DNA of 64,000 nucleotides from an uncultured Verrucomicrobiae bacterium (GTDB lineage: Bacteria > Verrucomicrobiota > Verrucomicrobiia > Chthoniobacterales > UBA10450), in contig CAWFGO010000003.1 in the NCBI GenBank assembly GCA_963815455.1, positions 288,001 to 352,000 on the forward strand. Direction: 5' to 3'. This document shows positions 52,357-62,060 of this stretch, in pieces. A program made the translations under genes and the position numbers. How positions within the stretch are numbered: position 1 is the stretch's first letter; every line of letters starts with the position of its first letter. The notes under the pieces are model-generated. The model worked only from the letters and a program-made list of their open reading frames with translations, ran no database searches and was not told the origin of the DNA.

Positions 52357-53358
52357 ATGGCCCAAGGATCCGCAGGAACGACGGAAAGTTCAACAGTTCG
52401 CGGTGTAACCCGTCGAAAATTTCTTGGCGCGACCGTCGCTGGCGGGGCTACCATTCTGGCGGGAGGGTTATCACGACTTGTTTCGGCGGCGATGAGTTCA
52501 TCTAACAAATCTTCATTTCTTCTGGGCGGCGATCTTTCGGTTCATCGGCTTGGCTTTGGTGCGATGCGCCTGACCGGCGACGGCGTTTGGGGATGGCCGG
52601 CTGATCGAGGCAACGCGCTAAAAGTTCTGCGCCGGGCAGTCGAGCTCGGCGTAAACCTCATCGATACCGCCGATGCCTACGGGCCCGACGTAAGCGAATT
52701 GCTCATCGCCGAGGCTCTTCATCCGTATCCGGCCGGCCTGGTCATCGCGACCAAGGGCGGCCTGACCCGACCCGGTCCCGGTCAGTGGGTGCCAAACGGT
52801 CGACCCGAATATCTGACCAAATGCGTCGAGAACAGTCTCAAGCGTCTGAAGCTCGACCGGATCGATCTGTATCAATTGCATCGCATCGATCCGAAGGTGC
52901 CAGCCGAAGAATCGTTAGGGGCGCTCAAGAAGATGCAGGATGCCGGAAAAATCCGGCATGTTGGGCTATCCGAAGTGACGCCGAAAGAAATCGAACAGGC
53001 CAGGAAGATTCTCCCAATCGTGAGCGTGCAGAACGAATACAACATCGCTTATCGCAAATCGGAAAAGACCCTGACTTATTGCGAGAAAGAGAATCTCGGA
53101 TTTATCCCGTGGTTTCCCCTTGGCGGAGGACAAAGTTCGTTAACCAAGCCGGGCAATCCGTTGGAAGCCGAAGCGAAGCGTCACGGCACCAGCTCAGTGC
53201 AGCTCGCGCTGGCCTGGCTTCTCCAGCGATCTCCGGTGATGCTGCCGATCCCTGGCACGTCCTCTCTGGCGCATCTCGAGGAAAACATGGCGTCCGCGAA
53301 ACTTCAGCTCACGCCGGCTGATTGGAAAACGATAGAATCGCTGGTGAAGCCGGCGTAA
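52357..53358 (+). CDS. Aldo/keto reductase with a twin-arginine signal
   Basis: TRRKFLG plus hydrophobic stretch; LGFGAM, IDTADAYG, IDLYQLH and PIPGT motifs. Confidence 0.9.
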   Translation: MAQGSAGTTESSTVRGVTRRKFLGATVAGGATILAGGLSRLVSAAMSSSNKSSFLLGGDLSVHRLGFGAMRLTGDGVWGWPADRGNALKVLRRAVELGVNLIDTADAYGPDVSELLIAEALHPYPAGLVIATKGGLTRPGPGQWVPNGRPEYLTKCVENSLKRLKLDRIDLYQLHRIDPKVPAEESLGALKKMQDAGKIRHVGLSEVTPKEIEQARKILPIVSVQNEYNIAYRKSEKTLTYCEKENLGFIPWFPLGGGQSSLTKPGNPLEAEAKRHGTSSVQLALAWLLQRSPVMLPIPGTSSLAHLEENMASAKLQLTPADWKTIESLVKPA

Positions 53359-53428
53359 CCCGACGCAGGATGTGCTGCGCGCGTTTCGCATCTCCTGCGG
53401 CCGGCACGGCCGCCGCTACATCGGCGCA

Positions 53429-55084
53429 TTAGGGCAGCCCGGTGCCGATGTTCGATTTAACGATCGCGGTGTCGGTGGCGTTGATGACGGCGTTGGCGTT
53501 CACATCCGAGCGGAAATTGCTCCCATCGATCGCCTGACCGATGCGCGATTTGGTCTGCGAAACGTCCGCTGAGTTCACCACACCGTTGGCATTGGTGTCC
53601 CCAACGAGAACGTTCATCGAAATCATGACGTTGCCACTGGATGGACTGTCACTCACGGAATTTAGCATAACGTTGACTGTCTGCGCGTTGCCCACATTTG
53701 TGAGCGGCAGGGTCACACTGTTTCCGCTGACCGTCACCATGCCGCCATTGCCGACTCCTCCAGTGCCAACAGTCGCAGTCCCCGAAATGACTTGAGCCTG
53801 GGGATTTCCGGCAACGGTCACGGGCGCGCTAAAAGTCACGACAATTTGATAATCGTTCGTTGCGCCGCCGTTTCGGCATTCGATCCCCGGCGTCCCGCCC
53901 GGCGCCAGATCGATATCGAAATCGCCTAACGGGCCGTGGGTTTTCCGGGAAACGACGCTGGCCGGCGTCGGACCCACCGGAACCATTGCATACGCATGTG
54001 TCTCGCCATTGCGAACACCGGTGCCGACAATGATTCCGTTGTCACTGATGCCGAGCGCCGACGATGAAGTGTTCATCGACAAGTCCCAGCCCGAGCCGCC
54101 GGGGATAAGATCGGCAAGGCGATAAGTCATCGACCCGTCGTATAGAAAAGGAATCGAAAATGCGGAAGAATCGTTGCCCACTGCCCAACCGGCCGAGTTC
54201 ACGGCCCGAGCGGATCCCTGGCTCGTGCCTGAAGCGAGCGGAATCGCGACGATGCCGCCGGCATCCGACCAGATGAACGGTAAGCCCGAGCCCTGATTCA
54301 GCATGCTCGAACCAACCACGTGACCGCCGTTGCCCACGCCAAAAGCAAGCGCGCCGTTCATTCCGGGCAGCGCGCCGACTTCGAAAGCCATGCTGTCGCC
54401 GATATTGTAAACGATCCCCACGTTCCGAGCGGCGTTGTTTGGATCGATGCCTTGTCCGACGATCCGGCCGGAATCATTGATTCCGAACGCGGTAAGAAAG
54501 TAACATCCGATCGACGTTGTCTGGGTAATGAAGGTGCCGTTGCCACCGCTGTAAATTACACCGCGCTGCAAACTCCCGGCGTTGGCCGAGCCGACCGCAA
54601 CGCCCGAGGCGTTTACATGGTTCGCGTCGCCCAGCGTTTGACCGGAAGGAAGAGGCAGCTGCGAAACCACCCCGTTCTGCCAAACGACCGGTAACCGGCC
54701 CGAGCCGAACGCGGTGGTCGAACCGGCGCCCACGACGAGACCGTTGTCATTGGCACTATTGGAAACGCAGTAGCTGCGCCCAGCCAGATTCGGCAGGCCG
54801 GCGATGCCGCCGCCGAGGGTCCAGCTGAAAGCCTGGGTCGCGTTGGTCCTGAACGAACGGCCAACCGCAATTCCACCCGGCGAGACACCAAAACCCTGCG
54901 AAGCGCTGTCACCAGTCTGAACGACGCCGATGTCGTAAATCTGATATTGCGGCGGCACGGCGAACGCGTTTGAAAATCCGCCAAAGCACACGACCACCAA
55001 AAAAACGCCGCCCCGCAAGGCAAACACATCAAGTAAGGCAACGAGATTAGAGATAACGGATTGATCAGCGGATTTCGTTTTCAT
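53429..55084 (-). CDS. Secreted protein with HAF-like extracellular repeats and a C-terminal dockerin-like domain
   Basis: Repeated A..VN.SG..VG units; VVSRKTHG...IECR; GDTNANGVVNSAD and SDVNANAVINATD. Confidence 0.8.
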   Translation of the reverse strand: MKTKSADQSVISNLVALLDVFALRGGVFLVVVCFGGFSNAFAVPPQYQIYDIGVVQTGDSASQGFGVSPGGIAVGRSFRTNATQAFSWTLGGGIAGLPNLAGRSYCVSNSANDNGLVVGAGSTTAFGSGRLPVVWQNGVVSQLPLPSGQTLGDANHVNASGVAVGSANAGSLQRGVIYSGGNGTFITQTTSIGCYFLTAFGINDSGRIVGQGIDPNNAARNVGIVYNIGDSMAFEVGALPGMNGALAFGVGNGGHVVGSSMLNQGSGLPFIWSDAGGIVAIPLASGTSQGSARAVNSAGWAVGNDSSAFSIPFLYDGSMTYRLADLIPGGSGWDLSMNTSSSALGISDNGIIVGTGVRNGETHAYAMVPVGPTPASVVSRKTHGPLGDFDIDLAPGGTPGIECRNGGATNDYQIVVTFSAPVTVAGNPQAQVISGTATVGTGGVGNGGMVTVSGNSVTLPLTNVGNAQTVNVMLNSVSDSPSSGNVMISMNVLVGDTNANGVVNSADVSQTKSRIGQAIDGSNFRSDVNANAVINATDTAIVKSNIGTGLP

Positions 55085-55244
55085 TGGTGGAGTTCGATCT
55101 GGTTGGACACAGCTCGGAAGTGAGAGGGCTCAACGTCGAAAGATATAGCCTGGAAAAGAACCTGACAATGCTTGATAGCGCTTGGCCGCAGCAGGTTTTG
55201 CGGCCGACTGCGCCTCTGCGCACGCGATCTGCTTTTAGGAGGGC

Positions 55245-55504
55245 ATGCTGGAACGAATTCTCAGAATTTCGGTCGTCGTCTTAGTCGGCTGTTTTCTTCT
55301 GCCGGGTTGCGGGAACCTGACCCACAGCGGCCGCCAACGGATCGCTTATCAACGCTACGTTAAAAAGAGCATGAAAAATCGCGAGCGATGGCGGAAGAAA
55401 ATTGCGAAACAGCGCACCGGGTCCCGAAACACAAACCGTCGGACTACTCGGTTAGCACCGGCACGGCCGATGGGCCGCAGTCGGTTGCCTCGGGGGATCA
55501 ATAG
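55245..55504 (+). CDS. Hypothetical small basic lipoprotein (probable frameshift near 55418)
   Basis: LPGC lipobox-like signal and a K/R-rich helix. An alternate frame ends ...GPQSVASGDQ* at 55504, which avoids overlap with yciA. Confidence 0.5.
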
Positions 55505-55513
55505 ACAGGCTCC

Positions 55514-55900
55514 TCAGGCCGGTTCGCGTTTTACCGGGACGGGTTTCCCGGTGCCATCGACAGCGACATAAATAAAGACGCCGTGGGTCACGCGCAATTG
55601 CTGGCCGGTCATGTAGCGGGTCACCCACACTTCGACCGGAATCGTCATCGACGTCCGCCCAATTTTTTCGACCCAGGCATAAACCGCGACCGTGTCCCCT
55701 ACCCGCACCGGTTGAAGAAACGACATTCCTTCCATGGCCACGGTCACAACGCGCGTCTGCGCAGTTTTCGATGCCAGAATGCCGCTGCCCAAATCCATTT
55801 GCGACATCAACCAGCCGCCAAAGATGTCGCCGTTCGGATTTGTGTCCTTGGGCATCGCGATCGTCTGGATGACCAATTCGCCTTTGGGTTGATCGGGCAT
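55514..55900 (-). CDS. yciA: Acyl-CoA thioesterase (hotdog fold)
   Basis: AMPKDTNPNGDIFGGWLMSQMDL and GRTSM motifs. Confidence 0.88.
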   Translation of the reverse strand: MPDQPKGELVIQTIAMPKDTNPNGDIFGGWLMSQMDLGSGILASKTAQTRVVTVAMEGMSFLQPVRVGDTVAVYAWVEKIGRTSMTIPVEVWVTRYMTGQQLRVTHGVFIYVAVDGTGKPVPVKREPA

Positions 55901-55917
55901 GGCTATTAATCTAGTCC

Positions 55918-56013
55918 GTCATCCCGAGCGAAGTCGAGGGATCCGGTGGCATTACTTCACGGTAGCATCGCGGGATCCTTCGACCCCGAAGGTTTTCGGG
56001 GCTCAGGATGACA
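55918..56013. repeat. GTCATCC(T/C)GAGC-family inverted-pair repeat
   Basis: GTCATCCCGAGCGAAGTCGAGGGATCC...GGATCCTTCGACCCCGAAGGTTTTCGGGGCTCAGGATGACA. Confidence 0.8.
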
Positions 56014-56020
56014 ACGTGCG

Positions 56021-57001
56021 CTACAAAATCAGCATGCAATCGCCGTAGCTGAAAAAACGATATCGCTCCCGGATCGCTTCGGCATAGGCCCGAAGAATAA
56101 ATTCGCGCCCGGCGAAAGCGCTCACCAGCATGAGCAGAGTCGAGCGCGGCAGATGAAAATTCGTTAGGAGAAGATCGACATGCTGGAACCGGTAGGGCGG
56201 ATAAATGAAGATGTCGGTCGAGCCGGTTTGGGCAATCAACTTGCCATTTTCGCGCCGGGCTGATTCCAAAACGCGCACCACCGTTGTTCCCACCGCCAGG
56301 ACGCGTTTCCCGTTGTCGATCTTCGCCGCGGCCGAAGCCGAAATCGAAAAGTGTTCGGCGTGCATGCGATGCTCGGCCACGTTTTCCGAGCGCACCGGCA
56401 AGAACGTTCCCGTTCCGACATGGAGTGTGACGAACGTGTGGGCAATTTCCGCCAAAATTTCCGGGGTGAAGTGAAGACCCGCGGTCGGGGCGGCCAGCGC
56501 GCCGGGCGTCTGCGCAAAAACGGTTTGGTAACGCGCAGTGTCATCGGCGTCGCTTTCGCGCCCGATATATGGCGGCAACGGCATCGATCCGCCGGCGTAA
56601 GGATCGACATCGTCATCGAGCGACACGATCCGATCGCCCTCCGGCGTGATTTCTTCAACGCGCACCGTCGCATTGTCGATCATGGCAATCGCGCCGATAC
56701 GCATTTTGCGTCCCGGTTTCACCAGACATTTCCAGCGAGCCGGCCCGAGTTTTTCGAGGAACAAAAATTCAATCGTCCCATCGGTCGAAAAGCGCCGGGC
56801 CGGCAACACGCGAGTATCGTTCAGGACCGCCAGGTGGCCGGGCGCCAGAAGTTCTTTCAGTTCGCGGAATTGTCGATGCTCGATTGCCCGCGTGTCGCGA
56901 CGCAGGACCATCAGCCGGGAATCTTCGCGGCGCCCGGGCGGCCTCTGCGCGATCAATTCCCGCGGCAGATCGTAATCATAATCGCTCAACCGGGCGCTCA
57001 T
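56021..57001 (-). CDS. queA: S-adenosylmethionine:tRNA ribosyltransferase-isomerase
   Basis: PLPPYI, AAPTAGLHF, TNFHLPRSTL and YRFFSYGD motifs. Confidence 0.97.
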   Translation of the reverse strand: MSARLSDYDYDLPRELIAQRPPGRREDSRLMVLRRDTRAIEHRQFRELKELLAPGHLAVLNDTRVLPARRFSTDGTIEFLFLEKLGPARWKCLVKPGRKMRIGAIAMIDNATVRVEEITPEGDRIVSLDDDVDPYAGGSMPLPPYIGRESDADDTARYQTVFAQTPGALAAPTAGLHFTPEILAEIAHTFVTLHVGTGTFLPVRSENVAEHRMHAEHFSISASAAAKIDNGKRVLAVGTTVVRVLESARRENGKLIAQTGSTDIFIYPPYRFQHVDLLLTNFHLPRSTLLMLVSAFAGREFILRAYAEAIRERYRFFSYGDCMLIL

Positions 57002-57056
57002 TGTTGCATCATTAAAGAATTTGCAGCCGCACGCAAAATTTGGATGATCGACTCAG

Positions 57057-57839
57057 ATGCAAGAACCGGCTCTCGATCTCGTCATTGCGGCCTTGAAGAA
57101 GATCCGCGAAACGAGCGACCGGCTGCCGCGGGCGTCGAGAAGTGCGCTTTCTGGTTTGCAGTTCGTTGAGCCGGCAATTGGCGCGACATCAGCGCCCCAG
57201 ACGACAACCGCCCCAAATGCAGCGGACAAATCATCGTTACTTGAGCCGATTCGGGAACGGGTTCGCGTCTGCACCAACTGTTCCCATCTCGCCTGCTCCC
57301 GGACCCAGACTGTTTTCGGCGTCGGCAATCCGGACGCGGACTTGATGTTCGTCGGAGAAGCTCCCGGCGCGGATGAAGATCGACAGGGCGAACCATTCGT
57401 CGGACGCGCGGGACAATTGTTAACCAAGATTATCAAGGCAATGGGTTTTGCTCGCGAAGATGTTTACATCGCGAACATCCTCAAATGCCGGCCCGACATG
57501 CCGGCCGGCTCGTTTGGGAACCGCGCGCCGACGCCGAAGGAGATGGAGACCTGCCGGCCATATCTTGTCGAGCAGATCGACGTGATTCAGCCGAAAGTTG
57601 TCGTCGCGCTCGGCGCGGTGGCGGTGGAAGGATTGCTCGGAACGCGCGGGACAATGCGGGATTTGCGCGGTCGCTGGCATTCTTACAATGATACGCCGTT
57701 GATGATCACCTATCATCCGGCCTATCTGTTGCGAAATCAGAGCCCATCGGAGAAGCGCAAGGTTTGGGAAGACATGCTTCTGGTGCTGGAAAAGCTGGAG
57801 CGACCGATCACCGAGAAGCAGCGCAATTATTTTCGGTAA
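57057..57839 (+). CDS. Uracil-DNA glycosylase family 4
   Basis: GEAPG...GEPFVGRAG, KCRP and TYHPAYLLR motifs, with Fe-S cysteines. Confidence 0.93.
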   Translation: MQEPALDLVIAALKKIRETSDRLPRASRSALSGLQFVEPAIGATSAPQTTTAPNAADKSSLLEPIRERVRVCTNCSHLACSRTQTVFGVGNPDADLMFVGEAPGADEDRQGEPFVGRAGQLLTKIIKAMGFAREDVYIANILKCRPDMPAGSFGNRAPTPKEMETCRPYLVEQIDVIQPKVVVALGAVAVEGLLGTRGTMRDLRGRWHSYNDTPLMITYHPAYLLRNQSPSEKRKVWEDMLLVLEKLERPITEKQRNYFR

Positions 57840-57845
57840 CGTATT

Positions 57846-58829
57846 CTAGATCTTGGCCCGCTTGAAAATCGCGTCGATTTTCTTGCGCGAAGCGAGAGTG
57901 ATGGCAAGCGACACAATCATCCCGTGCACTTCGCGGCGCGGGACTTTTAGATTGCGGGTTAGCGCAGTCGAACCGGCGTCGCGCAAAAGGGAAAGTGTGC
58001 GCGTTCCGATCAATGCCGGAAGAGCCGTCGCCGCACGTACACGGCAATTGCGAATTGCGCGCGCATATTGCATCCCCGACTCAAGACCGCGGCCGGCCTT
58101 TCCGATCCATTTCCGGTAAATCGGCTGGAAACGCCCGGGCTGGCGCAGGATTTGCCCGGGAGTCATGCACGCCGCCGCCAATTCCTCTTCGGGAAAATAA
58201 GATCGTCCGGCTCGCAGATCGGACCCGGCATCGCGCAAAATGTTTATCAATTGCAATCCCATTCCGTATTGCTTGCCGAGCACCAGCATTTTCGCCTCGC
58301 TCATGGTGGCGAACTTTCGAATGTGCCTGAAGCAAAGCCGTGTCCAAAATTCGCCTACGCAGCCGGCAACGAGATAGGTGTATTTATCGAGATCGGCCGC
58401 GGTGGCGAGCGCGCGAATTCCGTGCGGCTTGTCGAACCATTGCAAGTCGAGCATCTGACCTTGCGTGATTTTGCCGAGCACGTCGCGAACGTCGTTGCGA
58501 TCCTCAGCTTCCAATCGCTCGAGACTATCCAGGCAATCCGGCAGTGATTCGATCAGTTTTCGTTCGGCGGTATTTTTCTGCAACGGTGCAAACGCCGCGA
58601 CAAGATCGACAATGGCATCCCGTGCCGCCTGGCCCTGAATCATGTTCGACAAATCCTGCAGAGTGGTCACCCGCAGTTTTCTCTCGATTTGTGCCGTATC
58701 GGCCACCGTGTCGGTGGCGCGGGCCAGCGAATACGCCAGCGCCACAGGTTCGCGCAATCGCGCGGGCAAAATGCGGATGGAAAGATAAAAAGAGCGCGAA
58801 ACGGCGCGCAGAATTTTATCGGCCGACAT
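57846..58829 (-). CDS. Squalene/phytoene synthase family protein
   Basis: VSRSF, RATDTVAD, YTYLVAGCVG and LQLINILRD motifs. Confidence 0.88.
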   Translation of the reverse strand: MSADKILRAVSRSFYLSIRILPARLREPVALAYSLARATDTVADTAQIERKLRVTTLQDLSNMIQGQAARDAIVDLVAAFAPLQKNTAERKLIESLPDCLDSLERLEAEDRNDVRDVLGKITQGQMLDLQWFDKPHGIRALATAADLDKYTYLVAGCVGEFWTRLCFRHIRKFATMSEAKMLVLGKQYGMGLQLINILRDAGSDLRAGRSYFPEEELAAACMTPGQILRQPGRFQPIYRKWIGKAGRGLESGMQYARAIRNCRVRAATALPALIGTRTLSLLRDAGSTALTRNLKVPRREVHGMIVSLAITLASRKKIDAIFKRAKI

Positions 58830-59901
58830 TTTTGATCTCGATCCGATTCGACGACGCATTGCCCAGGCCAATGTCCGCGGCGGCTTTCACGTAATCGGCG
58901 GTGTGACCGATGGAGGGCAGACTGGCGCGCAACCGCCATTCCTCCAATTGCCGCAACGTCACGGCATCGATGGCCACCGGGTCCTTGCTCGCGTAAAGCG
59001 TGGCGTGATGCACCGCCCAGTTCGGTTGCGATTCCGGCCCGCCGGCATATTGAGCGACCAAGCCATCCATCAAATTAAGCACGACTTTTTTTCCGATCAG
59101 CGGATTGCTGTAAATCTCGGCCAGGCTTTCCCGGCCGAAGCCGGTGGGTTGGGTGAACCGGCGCCAGTTGTCGATGTTCGGCAGGGTCATGTTGTAAATG
59201 CAACCGGCGATGCCGTTGGTTTCGCTGCTGGTCATGACCGGCACGTTGATAACCTTGGTCACTTCGGTGGATAAAATGCGCGCAAGATGGCTGACGTTGC
59301 TCGTGTTCTCGATATCGGAGAGGCCGGCCAATTTCCCCGTGTTGGCCCGGTAATCGAAATCGCCCCATACCAGTTTCCCGATCAACGGCGCCGAGATCGT
59401 TGCTTTCGGATCGTAGCCATCTCGGGGCGGGACTGCTCTTAGCTGATATCCATCGGCCCGGCTGTAGCCGGCATCCTTGATTCCGCCAAGGGAACGGTCC
59501 CACACGACAATGCTGCTGCGCGGATGTCCGGCAGCGACCAGACCTTCGACAATCGCGTTCACCACATCGTGATGCGTGGTGAAAAGCTCGCCACCGGCTG
59601 CGCAAATCTTTATTCCAATCTTGTCTTCCGGCGAAACCAACGATGCCCAGGCCTTGGCGATATCGGATTCGTGGGTAACCGCCAGCACGAGCCGGTTGAC
59701 CATCGCGCGAACGGCTCGCGCGTTTGTTTCGTAATCCTTGATCGCGTCCGGGTTGTGGACCGTATACACGACGGACGGAGTGGGACTTGGCGGCGGGGTG
59801 GAATCCTGGGCGAGCCCGCAGGAGATGGCGCAGAACCAAACAAGAGCTACGTTTCGGATCGACAAGGTGACCACGAACTTATGAGCGGGCGCGCGAATCA
59901 C
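58816..59901 (-). CDS. DUF362 domain protein
   Basis: Signal-like N-terminus; KIGIK, VINVPV and SKDPVAIDA motifs. Start uncertain. Confidence 0.75.
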   Translation of the reverse strand: MIRAPAHKFVVTLSIRNVALVWFCAISCGLAQDSTPPPSPTPSVVYTVHNPDAIKDYETNARAVRAMVNRLVLAVTHESDIAKAWASLVSPEDKIGIKICAAGGELFTTHHDVVNAIVEGLVAAGHPRSSIVVWDRSLGGIKDAGYSRADGYQLRAVPPRDGYDPKATISAPLIGKLVWGDFDYRANTGKLAGLSDIENTSNVSHLARILSTEVTKVINVPVMTSSETNGIAGCIYNMTLPNIDNWRRFTQPTGFGRESLAEIYSNPLIGKKVVLNLMDGLVAQYAGGPESQPNWAVHHATLYASKDPVAIDAVTLRQLEEWRLRASLPSIGHTADYVKAAADIGLGNASSNRIEIKNVGR

Positions 59902-59928
59902 AACTGGATCAACGAATCAGGGAAACTC

Positions 59929-59988
59929 TGTAGGGCGTTCCTGTGAAACGCCAACCAAATGGGTGGCGTCTGGCACAGACGCCCTACA
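59929..59988. repeat. GTAG-type REP doublet
   Basis: TGTAGGGCGTTCCTGTGAAACGCC...GGCGTCTGGCACAGACGCCCTACA. A single half is at 40640-40663. Confidence 0.75.
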
Positions 59989-60009
59989 ATTGTTCCAGGC
60001 AATGATGAC

Positions 60010-61098
60010 ATGATCCGGCACCTCTACGTTCACATTCCGTTTTGCGCGCGCATCTGCCCTTACTGCGCTTTCTACAAGGATCTGCTCGATCGTTCCCAAA
60101 CCGGGCGGTTCTGCGAGGCCATCTTGCAGGAACTCAAATGCCAGGAACATCTCCGTCCATCGACAATTTATTTCGGCGGCGGAACCCCGACCGCGCTCAC
60201 GACTTCACAATTGGAATTTTTGCTCGGGGGCTTTCGCGAAATTCTTGATCTCTCGGTGTTGGTGGAATGGACCACCGAAGCAAATCCCGGGAGCGTTTCC
60301 GCGCACAAGGCCGCGGTGTTGCGCAAGCTCGGCGTGAATCGAATCAGCCTCGGCGTGCAATCGTGGGACGAAAATTTGCTCAAAGTCCTCGGGCGCGAAC
60401 ATAACGGGCCGCAGGCCGAGCAATCCTTCCGGATCCTGCGCGACGCCGGCTTTTCGAACATCAATATCGATCTCATGTTCGGGTTACCCGGCCAGACCAT
60501 CGAGCAATGGCGAACCACCCTCGAAAAAACGGTCGCCCTTCAGCCCGAGCACATTTCCGCCTACTGCCTCACTTACGAGGAGGACACGGAATTCTTCCTG
60601 CGACATGCCCGCGGCGAGTTCCGGCAGGACTCCGACGCCGATGCCGAATTTTTCGAGATGACGATGTCGATCCTGCAAGATGCCGGCTACGAGCACTACG
60701 AAATCTCGAATTACGCGCGACCCGGTTTCGCTTCGGCCCATAACCAGGCTTACTGGTCGGGCGAAGATTATTTGGGAATCGGCCCGAGCGCATTTTCCAC
60801 GCATGGCATGGAGCGATGGCAGAATATCTGCGATTATCGAGAATATGCCGATCGCGTTTTATCCGGGAAAGCGGCGATTGGATCGACCGAGAATCTGACC
60901 AGCGAAATGAAACGGGCCGAGCGAATCGCGCTCTTGCTACGCACCCGAAACGGCATTTCCGCAACGGAATTGCAAGGGGGCGCACTACAAACGGACGAGT
61001 TTCTCGCTCTGGGATTGATCCAAATATCCAACGGCAATGTCGTGCTGACACAAAAAGGAAAATGTCTCGCCGATTCCGTCACCGAACCGCTCCAGTAA
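60010..61098 (+). CDS. hemW: Radical SAM heme chaperone HemW
   Basis: LYVHIPFC...CPYCAF, YFGGGTPT, YEISNYA and HNQAYW motifs. Confidence 0.92.
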   Translation: MIRHLYVHIPFCARICPYCAFYKDLLDRSQTGRFCEAILQELKCQEHLRPSTIYFGGGTPTALTTSQLEFLLGGFREILDLSVLVEWTTEANPGSVSAHKAAVLRKLGVNRISLGVQSWDENLLKVLGREHNGPQAEQSFRILRDAGFSNINIDLMFGLPGQTIEQWRTTLEKTVALQPEHISAYCLTYEEDTEFFLRHARGEFRQDSDADAEFFEMTMSILQDAGYEHYEISNYARPGFASAHNQAYWSGEDYLGIGPSAFSTHGMERWQNICDYREYADRVLSGKAAIGSTENLTSEMKRAERIALLLRTRNGISATELQGGALQTDEFLALGLIQISNGNVVLTQKGKCLADSVTEPLQ

Positions 61099-61136
61099 AT
61101 CTCCCAAACGTCTCTCGATTTTCAGATAAAATTCAA

Positions 61137-61174
61137 GTGCGATATTTTATTGCACGTGCAACAAAATATTGCAC
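61137..61174. repeat. 38-bp AT-rich palindrome downstream of the PaaX-like gene
   Basis: GTGCGATATTTTATTGCAC|GTGCAACAAAATATTGCAC (2 mismatched pairs). Confidence 0.85.
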
Positions 61175-61194
61175 GACGGAGAACTGGTCCCACC

Positions 61195-61980
61195 CTAACC
61201 GAGTCGAAAAGTGCGAAGCTGCCGCCCAGCTTTTCCCAGCCCTTTCACCCGTTCTTTCCATGCCTTCTGCCCTAGGTAGCCAGCCGGCAACAAACAGGAC
61301 GGCAGTAACGGGTCAATCGTAAACCCCGCCATCCAGGCCTCGCGTTCGGCCCTCCCCCAACGCAACAACGCTTTTGCCGCCCCTTCGCCAACCAATGCGC
61401 CGTCCGGACGTGTCGCCAAGATTTTCAGGTATTGATCATAGCGGCGATTGATACGTTCGAAGTCCCAACCGCCGGCAACAATTTGCGCATCCGATTCGCC
61501 CGCACATGGCCGTGCTTCCATAACGACCAGCGATTCCACGTCAATGCTGGCACCACCGAAAATGCCCCGTTCCTCATCCAATGGATCAGGGGTGATCCAA
61601 ACGCTGTGTTGCAAACAACCAAAACCCTTCCCTCGCAAATACCGCCTGAGCTGCTCACGCTGGACGTTGTGCTTTGTCGGTACGTCAAAGAGCACCACCC
61701 GCCACTTTCCATCCCAGGACCGGGCCCACCGTTCCATAGGATCGCGTCCGCCCAAAACATGCACGCGCCCCTGCGCGCTCAATCGATACAAGCGGTCCTT
61801 CCTGGAACCGCCTCGTCGGTCCAGGAATTTTTCTCTCTCCAAAGCCGCGAGCTGTCGCATGAAGCCGTTGCGATAGGCCCAGCTTTCGAAAGAATCCGTT
61901 ACGCTACGAAAGCCAGGACGCATCAGCTGATCCGCGGTCCAGAGAAGATGGTACAAAAACTCCTCCGTTTTAGGGTGCAT
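61195..61980 (-). CDS. PaaX-family protein (wHTH, central Cas2-like domain, PaaX C-terminal domain)
   Basis: YRLSAQG; WDGKWRVVLFDVP...REQLRRYL...GFGCLQHSVWITP; WDF..IN..Y; DPLLPSCLLP. Confidence 0.85.
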   Translation of the reverse strand: MHPKTEEFLYHLLWTADQLMRPGFRSVTDSFESWAYRNGFMRQLAALEREKFLDRRGGSRKDRLYRLSAQGRVHVLGGRDPMERWARSWDGKWRVVLFDVPTKHNVQREQLRRYLRGKGFGCLQHSVWITPDPLDEERGIFGGASIDVESLVVMEARPCAGESDAQIVAGGWDFERINRRYDQYLKILATRPDGALVGEGAAKALLRWGRAEREAWMAGFTIDPLLPSCLLPAGYLGQKAWKERVKGLGKAGRQLRTFRLG

Positions 61981-62007
61981 GTCTCAGTGGTTTATAGCGA
62001 GAAGAGA

Positions 62008-62038
62008 TTGCAACTTTTTGTTGCACATGCAATAAAAT
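62008..62038. repeat. Palindrome upstream of the PaaX-like gene, matching 61137-61174
   Basis: TTGCAACTTTTTGTTGCACATGCAATAAAAT. Its reverse complement aligns with 61144-61174. Confidence 0.85.
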
Positions 62039-62060
62039 TACGACCACGATTGCAGACGGG

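Noticed and set aside
61195..61980. Bona fide cas2 or phenylacetate regulator paaX
   Set aside because: No CRISPR locus or paa genes are nearby. Only family-level similarity is supportable, so no gene symbol was given.
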